Source: an uncultured Pelagibacteraceae bacterium (GTDB taxonomy: Bacteria > Pseudomonadota > Alphaproteobacteria > Pelagibacterales > Pelagibacteraceae). From it: DNA of 64,000 nt. Under the pieces are notes generated by a model. It had not been told where the DNA came from. It worked only from the letters and a program-made list of their open reading frames with translations, and ran no database searches. This document shows, in pieces, positions 10,118 to 19,047 of this stretch. The stretch lies in assembly GCA_902597575.1 (NCBI GenBank), contig CACJYF010000001.1, forward strand, positions 5,324 through 69,323, given 5' to 3'. Within the stretch, counting starts at the first letter, position 1; every line of letters begins with the position of its first letter. The position numbers were made by a program, and so were the translations under genes.

Positions 10118-11300
10118 CAAAATGGCAATTTGGTTCAACAACTGTCCATGATGAAGTGCCAAATTTTCTTTTTGAAATATTTTCAAAATTCAAAACTATT
10201 TTAGCTTGGTAACTGTTAAGATTACTACTATCTGACGACCATTGCTGAAGTCTTTTGATATTTTCATGATCTGGAAACCGAGTTGCATAAGCATAAAGCC
10301 AGCCCCAATTACTCCCTTGTCTTCCATCAAGATCTTGCATTTTATAATTTTTTGCAGGTCCAGGTGCTTTCATTTCTTTGGCGTATTTAAAAACTATTTC
10401 GTTATTTTCAGTAAAATCGATGAAAAACTTAACAATATTATGAAAGTTTTTGCCTTTGTATTCATAGTCCCAAATATTATAGCCCTGGTTTTCCGCAATA
10501 ATTGCAATGACTGTTAAAGCATTCATTGCTCTTGCTTGGTAAAACATTGCTCTACCACCTCTTCTAGTTTCAATAGGTAAACTACCATCTTTTCTTTGAT
10601 ACCGAATTGTGGCTTCATAATTTTTAAAAGCTTTTTTAAAAAGCTTATTATCATTTAGCAGGACACCCAACTGCATATGACTTATTGCAGATGACAGTGC
10701 ATGGTTATGAGCTCTTTTAGGAACGCCTCTTGCTTGAGTACCATCTTTGTAGGTCATGTCATACATAAGATGTTTGTTTTTCTTTACTATCCTTTTAAAC
10801 CAATCTTTAATTATCTTATCCTCATTAGTTGCGATATCTATCACTTGTTTTGCAAAAGAATAACCAGCCATCATGGGTGAAGCCACCCATAAATTTACGG
10901 TTAGAGTATCATTCCAATGTCTACCCTCATGATCTGATGGACCGGTTCTTTTTGCTGCATCTGCTTTAGCCCATTCCAAAATAATCTTTTTTACATTTTC
11001 ACACGCTTCAACACTACCCCCACCACATGGACGTTTAAAATTTTCAAATCTTTGTAACGCTCTATTAAACCTATTATCTAATCCATAACCTTTAGGAGCT
11101 TTAACTTCTGAAATAGGTGTAACTGGATTAGTCATGGGATTGGAATACATTTTCGTCATACATCTATTTGGATTTTTTGAAACTGGAAAAATAATTTCAG
11201 GATTATTTATTTTTGCTTTTTTCTTAATTTCTTTAAAATTCGAAAAAGACGGTGTACAAAATAACAAATAAACTAATGTTGCAGAAATTATCCTAAACAT
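10110..11300 (-). CDS. Secreted alginate-lyase (PL5/AlgL-like) domain protein
   Basis: Signal peptide; HNH resembles AlgL NNH; DGSLPIETRRGGRAMFYQ resembles the DGxLPxExxRxxRALxY segment. Confidence 0.7.
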   Translation of the reverse strand: MFRIISATLVYLLFCTPSFSNFKEIKKKAKINNPEIIFPVSKNPNRCMTKMYSNPMTNPVTPISEVKAPKGYGLDNRFNRALQRFENFKRPCGGGSVEACENVKKIILEWAKADAAKRTGPSDHEGRHWNDTLTVNLWVASPMMAGYSFAKQVIDIATNEDKIIKDWFKRIVKKNKHLMYDMTYKDGTQARGVPKRAHNHALSSAISHMQLGVLLNDNKLFKKAFKNYEATIRYQRKDGSLPIETRRGGRAMFYQARAMNALTVIAIIAENQGYNIWDYEYKGKNFHNIVKFFIDFTENNEIVFKYAKEMKAPGPAKNYKMQDLDGRQGSNWGWLYAYATRFPDHENIKRLQQWSSDSSNLNSYQAKIVLNFENISKRKFGTSSWTVVEPNCHFVK

Positions 11301-13987
11301 TATCCAGTATTTTTCATTGCTGCAGCAATTCCTGCTATTGAAGTCAACAAAGTATCATTCAAATATTCTTTATCTTTTTTATTTTTAATAGTCTTAATTT
11401 TTTTTATCGCGATAGGCTGAACTATGTTCAAAACTTCAGAATAAATATTTCTTACACCTATTGATGTTCTAAATTGTTTTCTTGCAGCAATTATTTCTTT
11501 AGGCGTAATTTTTTTATTTAATTTTTTTATAACATCAAATTGAAATCTAAGTTTTTTTCCAACTCTCTTTAAACTTTCATCTGCTAAATGTTCTTCGTAA
11601 ATTTTTGATATTTCAGGATCTGCTTTAGTAATCACCATATCTAATATATCAAGCATTGAATTAAAAAACGGCCAGTTTCTCTCCATGTCAAATAAAGTTT
11701 TTCTAAATTGTTTTATATATGAATATCTTAAAGCTTCTGCACTTCCAAGCCATGCAGGCAGCATAAGTCTAACTTGTGTCCAAGCAAACACCCAAGGGAT
11801 TGCTCTTAAACTTTTTATAGTATCAATGTTTTTTCTTTTTGAGGGCCTTGAACCTATTGAAAGTTTACCAAGAGCTTTATGGGGCGTAACAGTTTCAAAG
11901 TATTTTATAAAATCAGAACTTTGATTAATATTTTTTCTATAAGAATTTTTTGATATCTCTGACATTTTTTCAATTAACGATCTCCAACTAGCTTTTGGAA
12001 CAGGTGATGGTTTTAAGGTGGCTTCAGTCACTGCACCTATGTAACTACATAAATTATATTTTGCTAAAGGTTCATAACCATATTTTTGTTGAATTACTTC
12101 ACCTTGGTCGGTTATTCTTATTTTTCCTCTAACAGAGTTTGGAGGTTGTGATCTCAAAGTTGATTGAATCGGGCCACCTCCTCGTCCAGGAGATCCACCT
12201 CTTCCATGAAAAAAAGTTACGTTAATATTATATTTTTTACTTAATTTAATTATTTCCTCTTGAGCTTTATACTGATGCCAACTTGCACAAATTTTGCCTG
12301 CGTCTTTACTTGAATCTGAATAACCAATCATGACCTCCTGCTCATTTTTGATAACTTTTCTGTACCATGATTGAGAAAACAATTTCTCCATTATATCTTT
12401 AGCATTAATTAAATCATCTAAAGTCTCAAATAATGGGACTACTCTTAACTTGTTTTTAATATTGGCTTCTTTTTGTAAAAATATTACAGATAACAAATCT
12501 GAAGCTGAATTAGTCATTGATATTACATAAGCTCCGAGACATTCACTAGGTTCGTTGGCCAAAATTTTAAAAGTTGACCAAACTTCTTTATTTTCTCTAT
12601 TTGAAAATTGAAATTTGTTTAATTGATTTTTTTTAGAGAGTATTTGTTTCTTTAAAAATTCAATTTTTTCGATTTCACTAAATTTTAAATAATTTTTTTT
12701 ATATTTCTTTTTAACATATTCACTAATTACCTGACTGTGTCTTGAGGACTCTTGTCTTATATCTAATCTTGCAAGATTAATACCAAAACACTTTGCCCTT
12801 CGCATCAAGTCTAATAATTCGCCACTAGCAAGATTTTCATTTTGATTTTGTTCTAAAGATTCTCTTACAACTCTTAAAGGCTTTAATATCTCCTCTCGAG
12901 AACTCAATAAATTATTGTGATCTAGAGCTTTTTTATTTACAAGGTGTTGTTCTATCGATCTATGTGTGATCCTCATTTTATCTCTTAGAGGCCTTAAAAA
13001 AACTCTATAAGGCTCAAAAGATGTCCCTACACTTTTAAGAATTTTTTTTGAACATTTTTCCATAGAATAAGATCTTATTATTTTGGTAAGTGCTTTCTCG
13101 TACAACTTTGCAGCTTCCCACCTTGATAGTAAAATTACTTTTCTGGTGACATCAGCTGTAACATTTGGGTTACCATCGCGATCCCCTCCCATCCAAGATC
13201 CAAATTCAATAGGATTAAAATTTTTTGGCAAACCTTTGTTCATGTTCTGCACAAAAATTGAATTTAATCTTCTATAAACTTTTGGAATTGTATCCCACAA
13301 ACTATCTTCAATTATTGCAAGTCCCCATCTTGCTTCATCGAATGGAGATGGTTTAATTCTTTTTAAATCATCCGTATTCCAAATAATAGTTAGCTCATCA
13401 AAAAGTTTTTTTTCTAAAACTGCTAATTTTGATGGAAAATTTTTAAGCAAATCTCTTTGTTCAAGAATTTCAATAATATTATGATATTTTTGAATAAGGG
13501 TTCTTCTCTTTACCTCAGTTGGGTGTGCAGTTAACACAATTCCAATTTTTAGGTTTTTAGCGGTATTGTATATTTTTGTTTCTGAAATTTTTTTATTTCT
13601 AAAGAGATCCTCAAATATTTCCTCTATAAATATGTTGTTGTTTGAAGTTTTCTTATTACTATTTTCATATTCATTAAGCTTTCTAGAAGCATCAATTAAA
13701 TCAGCCAAATTTATAAAATTCATAAAATGTGTGAATGCTCTAGTTAATTTAAATGAATTTTTTGGGCTCAGTTTTTTAATTGCTTTAATTACTGTTTGAT
13801 TAGTTTGATTATTTTTAGAATTTATTTTGTTAGCTTTTGATAATTTTCTAACTTTTTCAACTAATTCAAAAAACTTTTGACCTTCTTGTTCTTTGATAAC
13901 TCTACCTAAAATATTACCCAGATATTTAACATTTTCCCTGAAAAATCTAGTTGGTATACGCTCATAATATAGATCTCTTTTTTTCAT
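11300..13987 (-). CDS. ppc: Phosphoenolpyruvate carboxylase
   Basis: VLTAHPTE, SWMGGDRDGNP, MIGYSDSSKD, FHGRGG..GRGG, LRAIPWVFAWTQ, C-terminal MKNTG. Confidence 0.98.
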   Translation of the reverse strand: MKKRDLYYERIPTRFFRENVKYLGNILGRVIKEQEGQKFFELVEKVRKLSKANKINSKNNQTNQTVIKAIKKLSPKNSFKLTRAFTHFMNFINLADLIDASRKLNEYENSNKKTSNNNIFIEEIFEDLFRNKKISETKIYNTAKNLKIGIVLTAHPTEVKRRTLIQKYHNIIEILEQRDLLKNFPSKLAVLEKKLFDELTIIWNTDDLKRIKPSPFDEARWGLAIIEDSLWDTIPKVYRRLNSIFVQNMNKGLPKNFNPIEFGSWMGGDRDGNPNVTADVTRKVILLSRWEAAKLYEKALTKIIRSYSMEKCSKKILKSVGTSFEPYRVFLRPLRDKMRITHRSIEQHLVNKKALDHNNLLSSREEILKPLRVVRESLEQNQNENLASGELLDLMRRAKCFGINLARLDIRQESSRHSQVISEYVKKKYKKNYLKFSEIEKIEFLKKQILSKKNQLNKFQFSNRENKEVWSTFKILANEPSECLGAYVISMTNSASDLLSVIFLQKEANIKNKLRVVPLFETLDDLINAKDIMEKLFSQSWYRKVIKNEQEVMIGYSDSSKDAGKICASWHQYKAQEEIIKLSKKYNINVTFFHGRGGSPGRGGGPIQSTLRSQPPNSVRGKIRITDQGEVIQQKYGYEPLAKYNLCSYIGAVTEATLKPSPVPKASWRSLIEKMSEISKNSYRKNINQSSDFIKYFETVTPHKALGKLSIGSRPSKRKNIDTIKSLRAIPWVFAWTQVRLMLPAWLGSAEALRYSYIKQFRKTLFDMERNWPFFNSMLDILDMVITKADPEISKIYEEHLADESLKRVGKKLRFQFDVIKKLNKKITPKEIIAARKQFRTSIGVRNIYSEVLNIVQPIAIKKIKTIKNKKDKEYLNDTLLTSIAGIAAAMKNTG

Positions 13988-14853
13988 TTAATATTATCTA
14001 TGCTCTCTATTTGGCTTAAAGAATTTTTAAATTCATCCATATTTTCTCTCAATGCTAAATTTGATACAGCATAAACTGCTATTAATAAGAGTAGCAAAGG
14101 TAATGCCGTTATCACAGAGGCATTACTTTTAATAAGTAAAATATACAAAATTATAAACAATGCAGAACGTATTAAAAAAGTTTTTTTAAAAACACTGATG
14201 ATAGATAAAGAATGTTCTACCAGATTCAAAAAACTCATTTTAGATGGTCCAAAATATCTAGTTCCTCTGATCGACGGTACTTTTATGAAATTTTTTTCTA
14301 CTTTAGATAAAGAGCCAGAAAAACTATTCCAAGTGGCTTTTTCATTAATCATATTTTCGACTGTCTTTTTTGGTAAACAAGTAAAGTTTCCAAATTTTAT
14401 TGATTTGCCAGTAAAAGTTAAAGTTACCAACTTATGTAACTGATAACAAATTTTAAATAATAAGCTCTCTGATCTTTTTACTCTCTCTCCGACAACCGTA
14501 ACATTATCTGTATCTTTAATTTGATCTAAAAATTTTTTTATTTCCTCTGGTCTGTCTTCACCGTCTCCATCCATTGGTATTGCATAGTCAAATTCATCTT
14601 TATCCAAAATATATTTTAGTCCAGTCGCTATACATCTTGCATGTCCTTGGTTTTTTTTCATGTTTAAAATCTTTATAGATTGAATATTATCAAAATTGAT
14701 TTCCTCATTTGATCGATCATGGTTTGAGGCATCGTTAACAACAATAATAGATATCTCAAAATTTTTATCTATTTTTAAATTATCAATTTCCTCAAAAAGT
14801 TTAAACACTGACTGCCAATCGTTATAAATAGGGATTATAATTTTTACTTTCAT
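13984..14853 (-). CDS. GT2 polyprenol-phosphate glycosyltransferase (GtrB/ArnC-like)
   Basis: IIPIYND, VVNDAS, NQGH, MDGDGEDRPE, two C-terminal TM helices. Confidence 0.85.
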   Translation of the reverse strand: MKVKIIIPIYNDWQSVFKLFEEIDNLKIDKNFEISIIVVNDASNHDRSNEEINFDNIQSIKILNMKKNQGHARCIATGLKYILDKDEFDYAIPMDGDGEDRPEEIKKFLDQIKDTDNVTVVGERVKRSESLLFKICYQLHKLVTLTFTGKSIKFGNFTCLPKKTVENMINEKATWNSFSGSLSKVEKNFIKVPSIRGTRYFGPSKMSFLNLVEHSLSIISVFKKTFLIRSALFIILYILLIKSNASVITALPLLLLLIAVYAVSNLALRENMDEFKNSLSQIESIDNIK

Positions 14854-14859
14854 AGTTTT

Positions 14860-16179
14860 TTAATATCTCCCTAAACAAATATCATCTAAACAAATAAATT
14901 GACTTGATTTATTTAAAATTTCTTTTTTAGTAAACCCTTCCCACCTTGGTCGTGATTTTAAGTGATAAGATAAATTGCCTGCCTTCCACTCATCTCCTGT
15001 GACAAACTCAATTTCTTTTTCAAAATCCTGTTCCCAAGTAAATTGAACTTTAGCTGCTATCTCCTTGCCAGGATAATCAGTTCTTTTATCAGTTTTTGTT
15101 ATAGAAATATATGCGTATAGGCTTGGGGATAAAAAAAACAAAAATAAAAACCCAACTAAAAAAGAATTTATCTTTTTAAGATTAATTTGAGATCTAAATA
15201 AATAGACAGAAAATATTCCAAGAGGTAAATAAAAAGGTGTCATCCACATCGTTCTAATTTTAGATCCTGTAACAACTGAAGTAAAAAATATTAAAAAGAT
15301 AGGTAAAATACTAACAGATAATAAAAAAAGAAACTTCCTATCATTAAAATTAAATTTAATTGAAATTTTTTTTATCATTAGCCACGTTAAAAAGAAAAAT
15401 GGAATTAATATTCCAAGTTGTTTAAATAAAAAAGTAATTGGATATTTTACATGGTTGAGAATTTCTGTTTCCTCAAGGCCTGATCTTTTCAAGCCATACA
15501 AAACAGTTATAAAATCGTTATCAAGCAACCAAATTATATGTGGAACTAAGAGAACTAAAAAAATTTCAATTATTATCAAATATTTAAAATCAAAGTTTTT
15601 AAATTTTTTATAAATAACATAAATAAATAGTAAACTAATTGACAATAATAAATAAACGAACAAATATTTAGAAAGAAAACCAATAGCAGCAAATAATCCG
15701 ATTAGAAAACAATCATAAAACTGTATTTCTTTTGCATCATATATCTTCCAAGAGTAATAAATAACTAATGACCAAAATGGTAATTGACAAACATTTACAT
15801 TAAACTCTGGAGTGGTGAAATTAAAGAAATAAATAGCCTCTAACAATAAAACTGAAATTAAACTTAATTTAATATTTCCTAAAATTTCAAAAGCAAATTT
15901 GAATATAAAATAGAATGATATAACGACAAAAATTTGACTTAAAAGATAAAAAGCCCAATCTTGAGAACCAAATATATTATAAAATACCTCAGAAAAAAAA
16001 GCGCTCATTGGTGGGTGTTTGTTAAAACCCCAATCTAAATTGCTTCCCCAAGCTAGCGCCTCTATTGTATCAAGAGGCAAATTTGAATTTGTCAATGAGG
16101 GAATCATTGTCCAAATTATTAAATGTGTAATAGCAAAAATAAAAAATATGTTATTAATATTCTTGTTTAAAACATCCAT
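14860..16179 (-). CDS. GT-C membrane glycosyltransferase (ArnT/PMT_2-like)
   Basis: DTIEALAWG...GFNKHPP, LSKY, many TM segments; start set at ATG 16179 because the longer ORF overlaps the dksA promoter. Confidence 0.85.
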   Translation of the reverse strand: MDVLNKNINNIFFIFAITHLIIWTMIPSLTNSNLPLDTIEALAWGSNLDWGFNKHPPMSAFFSEVFYNIFGSQDWAFYLLSQIFVVISFYFIFKFAFEILGNIKLSLISVLLLEAIYFFNFTTPEFNVNVCQLPFWSLVIYYSWKIYDAKEIQFYDCFLIGLFAAIGFLSKYLFVYLLLSISLLFIYVIYKKFKNFDFKYLIIIEIFLVLLVPHIIWLLDNDFITVLYGLKRSGLEETEILNHVKYPITFLFKQLGILIPFFFLTWLMIKKISIKFNFNDRKFLFLLSVSILPIFLIFFTSVVTGSKIRTMWMTPFYLPLGIFSVYLFRSQINLKKINSFLVGFLFLFFLSPSLYAYISITKTDKRTDYPGKEIAAKVQFTWEQDFEKEIEFVTGDEWKAGNLSYHLKSRPRWEGFTKKEILNKSSQFICLDDICLGRY

Positions 16180-16208
16180 AAGTAAATATTTACAATAATT
16201 AAGGTTGC

Positions 16209-16243
16209 TTGACACCCATATTTTGCTGAATATACTGCCTCGC
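16209..16243 (+). promoter_or_regulatory. Sigma70 promoter of dksA with GC-rich discriminator
   Basis: TTGACA-N16-TATACT followed by GCCTCGC. Confidence 0.75.
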
Positions 16244-16257
16244 ATTCAAATTTAGAC

Positions 16258-16782
16258 ATGCCAAAGATAGCTAAAGTAAAAAAAAAGGTCACAAAAGTAA
16301 AAGCAAAGAGTGTGTCTAAACCAAAAACAAAAGTAGTTAGTAAAACAAAAGAAGTTAAAAAAGGACCTATAAAAATATCAAAAACCTACATTCCTAAAGA
16401 TACAGAAAAATATATGTGTGAAAAACATAAAGTTTTTTTCAGAATTAAATTGCAAGAATGGAAAAAAGAACTTGTGAAATCAAACAACGAAGCTCTCTAC
16501 AACGGCTCTATGGATGATAATAGTATTTCTGCAGATATTGTTGATCAGGCAAGTTCATATACCGATAAAAATGTAGAAATGAAAGCAATCAATAGACAAA
16601 TAAAACTTATCTCAGAAATTGATAAAGCTTTAGCAAGAATAAGGGAAGATACTTATGGATATTGCCTTGATACTGCTGAACCAATCGGGCTAAAAAGACT
16701 AATGGCAAGACCAGTTGCAAAATATACAATTGCTGCACAAGAAAAACATGAAAAAGACGAAAAGGTTCACGCAGATGACTAA
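16258..16782 (+). CDS. dksA: RNA polymerase-binding factor DksA
   Basis: DIVDQA coiled-coil tip, IDKALARI, YGYC...IGLKRLMARP; Lys-rich N-terminal extension. Confidence 0.93.
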   Translation: MPKIAKVKKKVTKVKAKSVSKPKTKVVSKTKEVKKGPIKISKTYIPKDTEKYMCEKHKVFFRIKLQEWKKELVKSNNEALYNGSMDDNSISADIVDQASSYTDKNVEMKAINRQIKLISEIDKALARIREDTYGYCLDTAEPIGLKRLMARPVAKYTIAAQEKHEKDEKVHADD

Positions 16783-16903
16783 GAGAAAGAAAAAAACAAA
16801 AAAAGTGCATAATCCAGTTACTTATAATTTTACAAAAAAATATATTTATTATTATTATGCGTTGTTCTGGATAATTTTAATATTTTTTGTCTTTAGTAGA
16901 TGA
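16775..16903 (+). CDS. 42-aa putative membrane microprotein
   Basis: ATG overlaps the dksA 3' end by 8 bp; MTKRKKKTKKVHNPVTYNFTKKYIYYYYALFWIILIFFVFSR (basic N-terminus plus TM segment). Confidence 0.6.
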   Translation: MTKRKKKTKKVHNPVTYNFTKKYIYYYYALFWIILIFFVFSR

Positions 16904-17004
16904 ACCCAAAATTAATTTTAATTATTTTAGTAATACTTGCGATTGAAGCATCAGGTCATGGCATTTTTGCTTCATTATTTAGATTTCTTAATTCGATAAA
17001 TTAA
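16900..17004 (+). CDS. 34-aa putative membrane microprotein (absent from the ORF track)
   Basis: ATGA overlap with the previous ORF; MNPKLILIILVILAIEASGHGIFASLFRFLNSIN; stop abuts the convergent GST stop. Confidence 0.6.
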   Translation: MNPKLILIILVILAIEASGHGIFASLFRFLNSIN

Positions 17005-17631
17005 TTATGGCTTAGGTGGTAATTCATTTTTATCCATAAAAGCAAAACCTTTTTTAACACCATCTCTATCAGAGATATTCTCGTACCATCTAGTTAAATT
17101 TTTAAATTTTTTTAGACCAATGTCATGCCACTCATGCCTGGCAATCCAAGGAAATGTTCCAATATCTGCAATTGTATAATTTTCTCCTGATAAATATTTT
17201 GATTTTGATAATCTTTCATCTAACTCTCTATATATTCTTTCAGAAATCTTGAAATATCTGTCTTCACCAAACTTACTTTTCCCTGGATTATAATGATGAA
17301 ACTGATGATGTTGACCTAACATTGGACCAATATAGCCCATTTGGGCCATAAGCCATTGATTAATTTCTAATCTTTCTTCAGAATTATAAAATTTTCCACT
17401 TAATTCAGCTAAGTAAATTAAAATTGCTCCAGACTCAAAGATTGTTTTTTTATTTTTATGATCAATAATTACAGGAATTTTACTTAATGGACTAATCTTT
17501 TTAAAATCTTGTTTAAACTGTTCACCATTATCTAAATCAACTTTAGTTACTTTGTAGTCAAACTTGATCTCTTCAAGCATAATACTAATTTTTTTTCCAT
17601 TAGGAGTATTAGCTGAAAAAAGCTCTATCAC
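17005..17631 (-). CDS. Glutathione S-transferase, Nu class (YfcG-like)
   Basis: TPNG, KIPVI, FESGAILIYLAE, YTIADI motifs. Confidence 0.92.
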   Translation of the reverse strand: MIELFSANTPNGKKISIMLEEIKFDYKVTKVDLDNGEQFKQDFKKISPLSKIPVIIDHKNKKTIFESGAILIYLAELSGKFYNSEERLEINQWLMAQMGYIGPMLGQHHQFHHYNPGKSKFGEDRYFKISERIYRELDERLSKSKYLSGENYTIADIGTFPWIARHEWHDIGLKKFKNLTRWYENISDRDGVKKGFAFMDKNELPPKP

Positions 17632-18644
17632 TCTTTTTTCCCAAGTCTTTTTAGCAAGTTTGACGAAGTAGTTGTAAATTCAAATCTATATTTTTCATTA
17701 GGTTTTGCGAGTTTGAAACATGCCCTAGCAGCTAAAGCACCCTCATGAAAACCAGAGAGAATAAGTTTTAATTTACCAGGATAGTTACAAATATCTCCAA
17801 CAGCATAAATACCTTTTTGATTTGTTTCAAATTTTTCTGTATCAACCTCAATAGTTTTTTTATTTAAATTAAGACCCCAATTAGCTATTGGTCCTAATTG
17901 CATAATTAGACCAAAAAAACCAAGCACATAATCTGACTTAAGGTTTTTAATCTCATTATTTTCATGCTTTATATCTATGCTCTCTAATCTTTGATCTCCA
18001 TGGACATTTGCTATTTGATACTTTGTAAATAAGTTTATTTTTCCAGATTTTACAAGCTCCTGCATTTTATCTACTGTTGCTTGGGCACCTCTAAATTCAT
18101 CTCTTCTATGTATTAAATTAATTTTACACTCCTTTGATAGTTCAACAGCCCAGTCTAATGCGCTATCTCCACCACCAAAAATTGAAACTATTTTACCTTT
18201 AAAAATATTTTTATCCTTTACAGAATAAAATAATGATTTGTTCTCAAATTTTTTGCATTCTGTTGGTGGGAATTTTCGTGGTTCAAATGAACCAACTCCT
18301 CCAGCAATAATAACATTTGGTGTTAAAAAAGACTTACCATTACTAGTTTTTACTAACCAATTAGATTTATCTTTTTTTACTTCTTCAACTCTTTCACCTA
18401 AATGAAATTTAATATCAAAAGGTTTTAGTTGATTAATCAAATTATTGGTTAACTCCTCACCAGTGCACTCTGGCACTGCAGGAATATCATAAATTGGTTT
18501 GTCTGGATAAAGTTCTATACATTGTCCACCAATTTTATCTAAATTATCAACTACTTCACAATCAAGCCCAATTAACTTTAATTGGTGTGCGGTAAATAAT
18601 CCTGTGGGACCTGCTCCAATAATTAGTGCATCGGTTTTGTTCAT
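17628..18644 (-). CDS. Thioredoxin-reductase-type ferredoxin--NADP+ reductase
   Basis: GAGPTG, GGQC.ELYPDK.IYD, GGGDSALDWA, HRRDEFRG; no CxxC; adjacent to ferredoxin. Confidence 0.9.
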   Translation of the reverse strand: MNKTDALIIGAGPTGLFTAHQLKLIGLDCEVVDNLDKIGGQCIELYPDKPIYDIPAVPECTGEELTNNLINQLKPFDIKFHLGERVEEVKKDKSNWLVKTSNGKSFLTPNVIIAGGVGSFEPRKFPPTECKKFENKSLFYSVKDKNIFKGKIVSIFGGGDSALDWAVELSKECKINLIHRRDEFRGAQATVDKMQELVKSGKINLFTKYQIANVHGDQRLESIDIKHENNEIKNLKSDYVLGFFGLIMQLGPIANWGLNLNKKTIEVDTEKFETNQKGIYAVGDICNYPGKLKLILSGFHEGALAARACFKLAKPNEKYRFEFTTTSSNLLKRLGKKE

Positions 18645-18965
18645 TTAAGCCTGTTTAGACGGTATGTTTACTTCGAGACCATCTATTTCATCTGAAACAA
18701 TAATTTGGCAACTCAGTCTGCTATTTGTTTTTGGTTCAAATGCCATATCAAGCATATCGTCTTCTCCGTCTTCTTTTTTTGGTAACTTATTAAACCAGTC
18801 TTCCTTGACATAAACATGGCAAGTTGCACATGCCATTCCCCCACCACAATCTGCATCTATTCCAGGTATGTCATTTTGAACTGCACCCTCCATAACTGTT
18901 AAGCCATTTTGAACTTCGATTATATGCTTTTCATTCTGGTGAGTGATGTAAGTGATTTTAGCCAT
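18645..18965 (-). CDS. Adrenodoxin-type [2Fe-2S] ferredoxin
   Basis: [11 protein letters not shown] and SRLSCQ. Confidence 0.95.
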   Translation of the reverse strand: MAKITYITHQNEKHIIEVQNGLTVMEGAVQNDIPGIDADCGGGMACATCHVYVKEDWFNKLPKKEDGEDDMLDMAFEPKTNSRLSCQIIVSDEIDGLEVNIPSKQA

Positions 18966-18983
18966 TGTTATGAATATAGGTGT

Positions 18984-19025
18984 AAAAAAAAATAGGGCAA
19001 GTATGTAAAAACATACTCGCCCTAT
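18984..19025 (-). terminator. Intrinsic terminator of the proteorhodopsin gene
   Basis: Minus strand atagggcgagtatgt-tttt-acatacttgccctat followed by a long T run. Confidence 0.85.
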
Positions 19026-19047
19026 AAATTATAAGTTTAAAGCGTAA

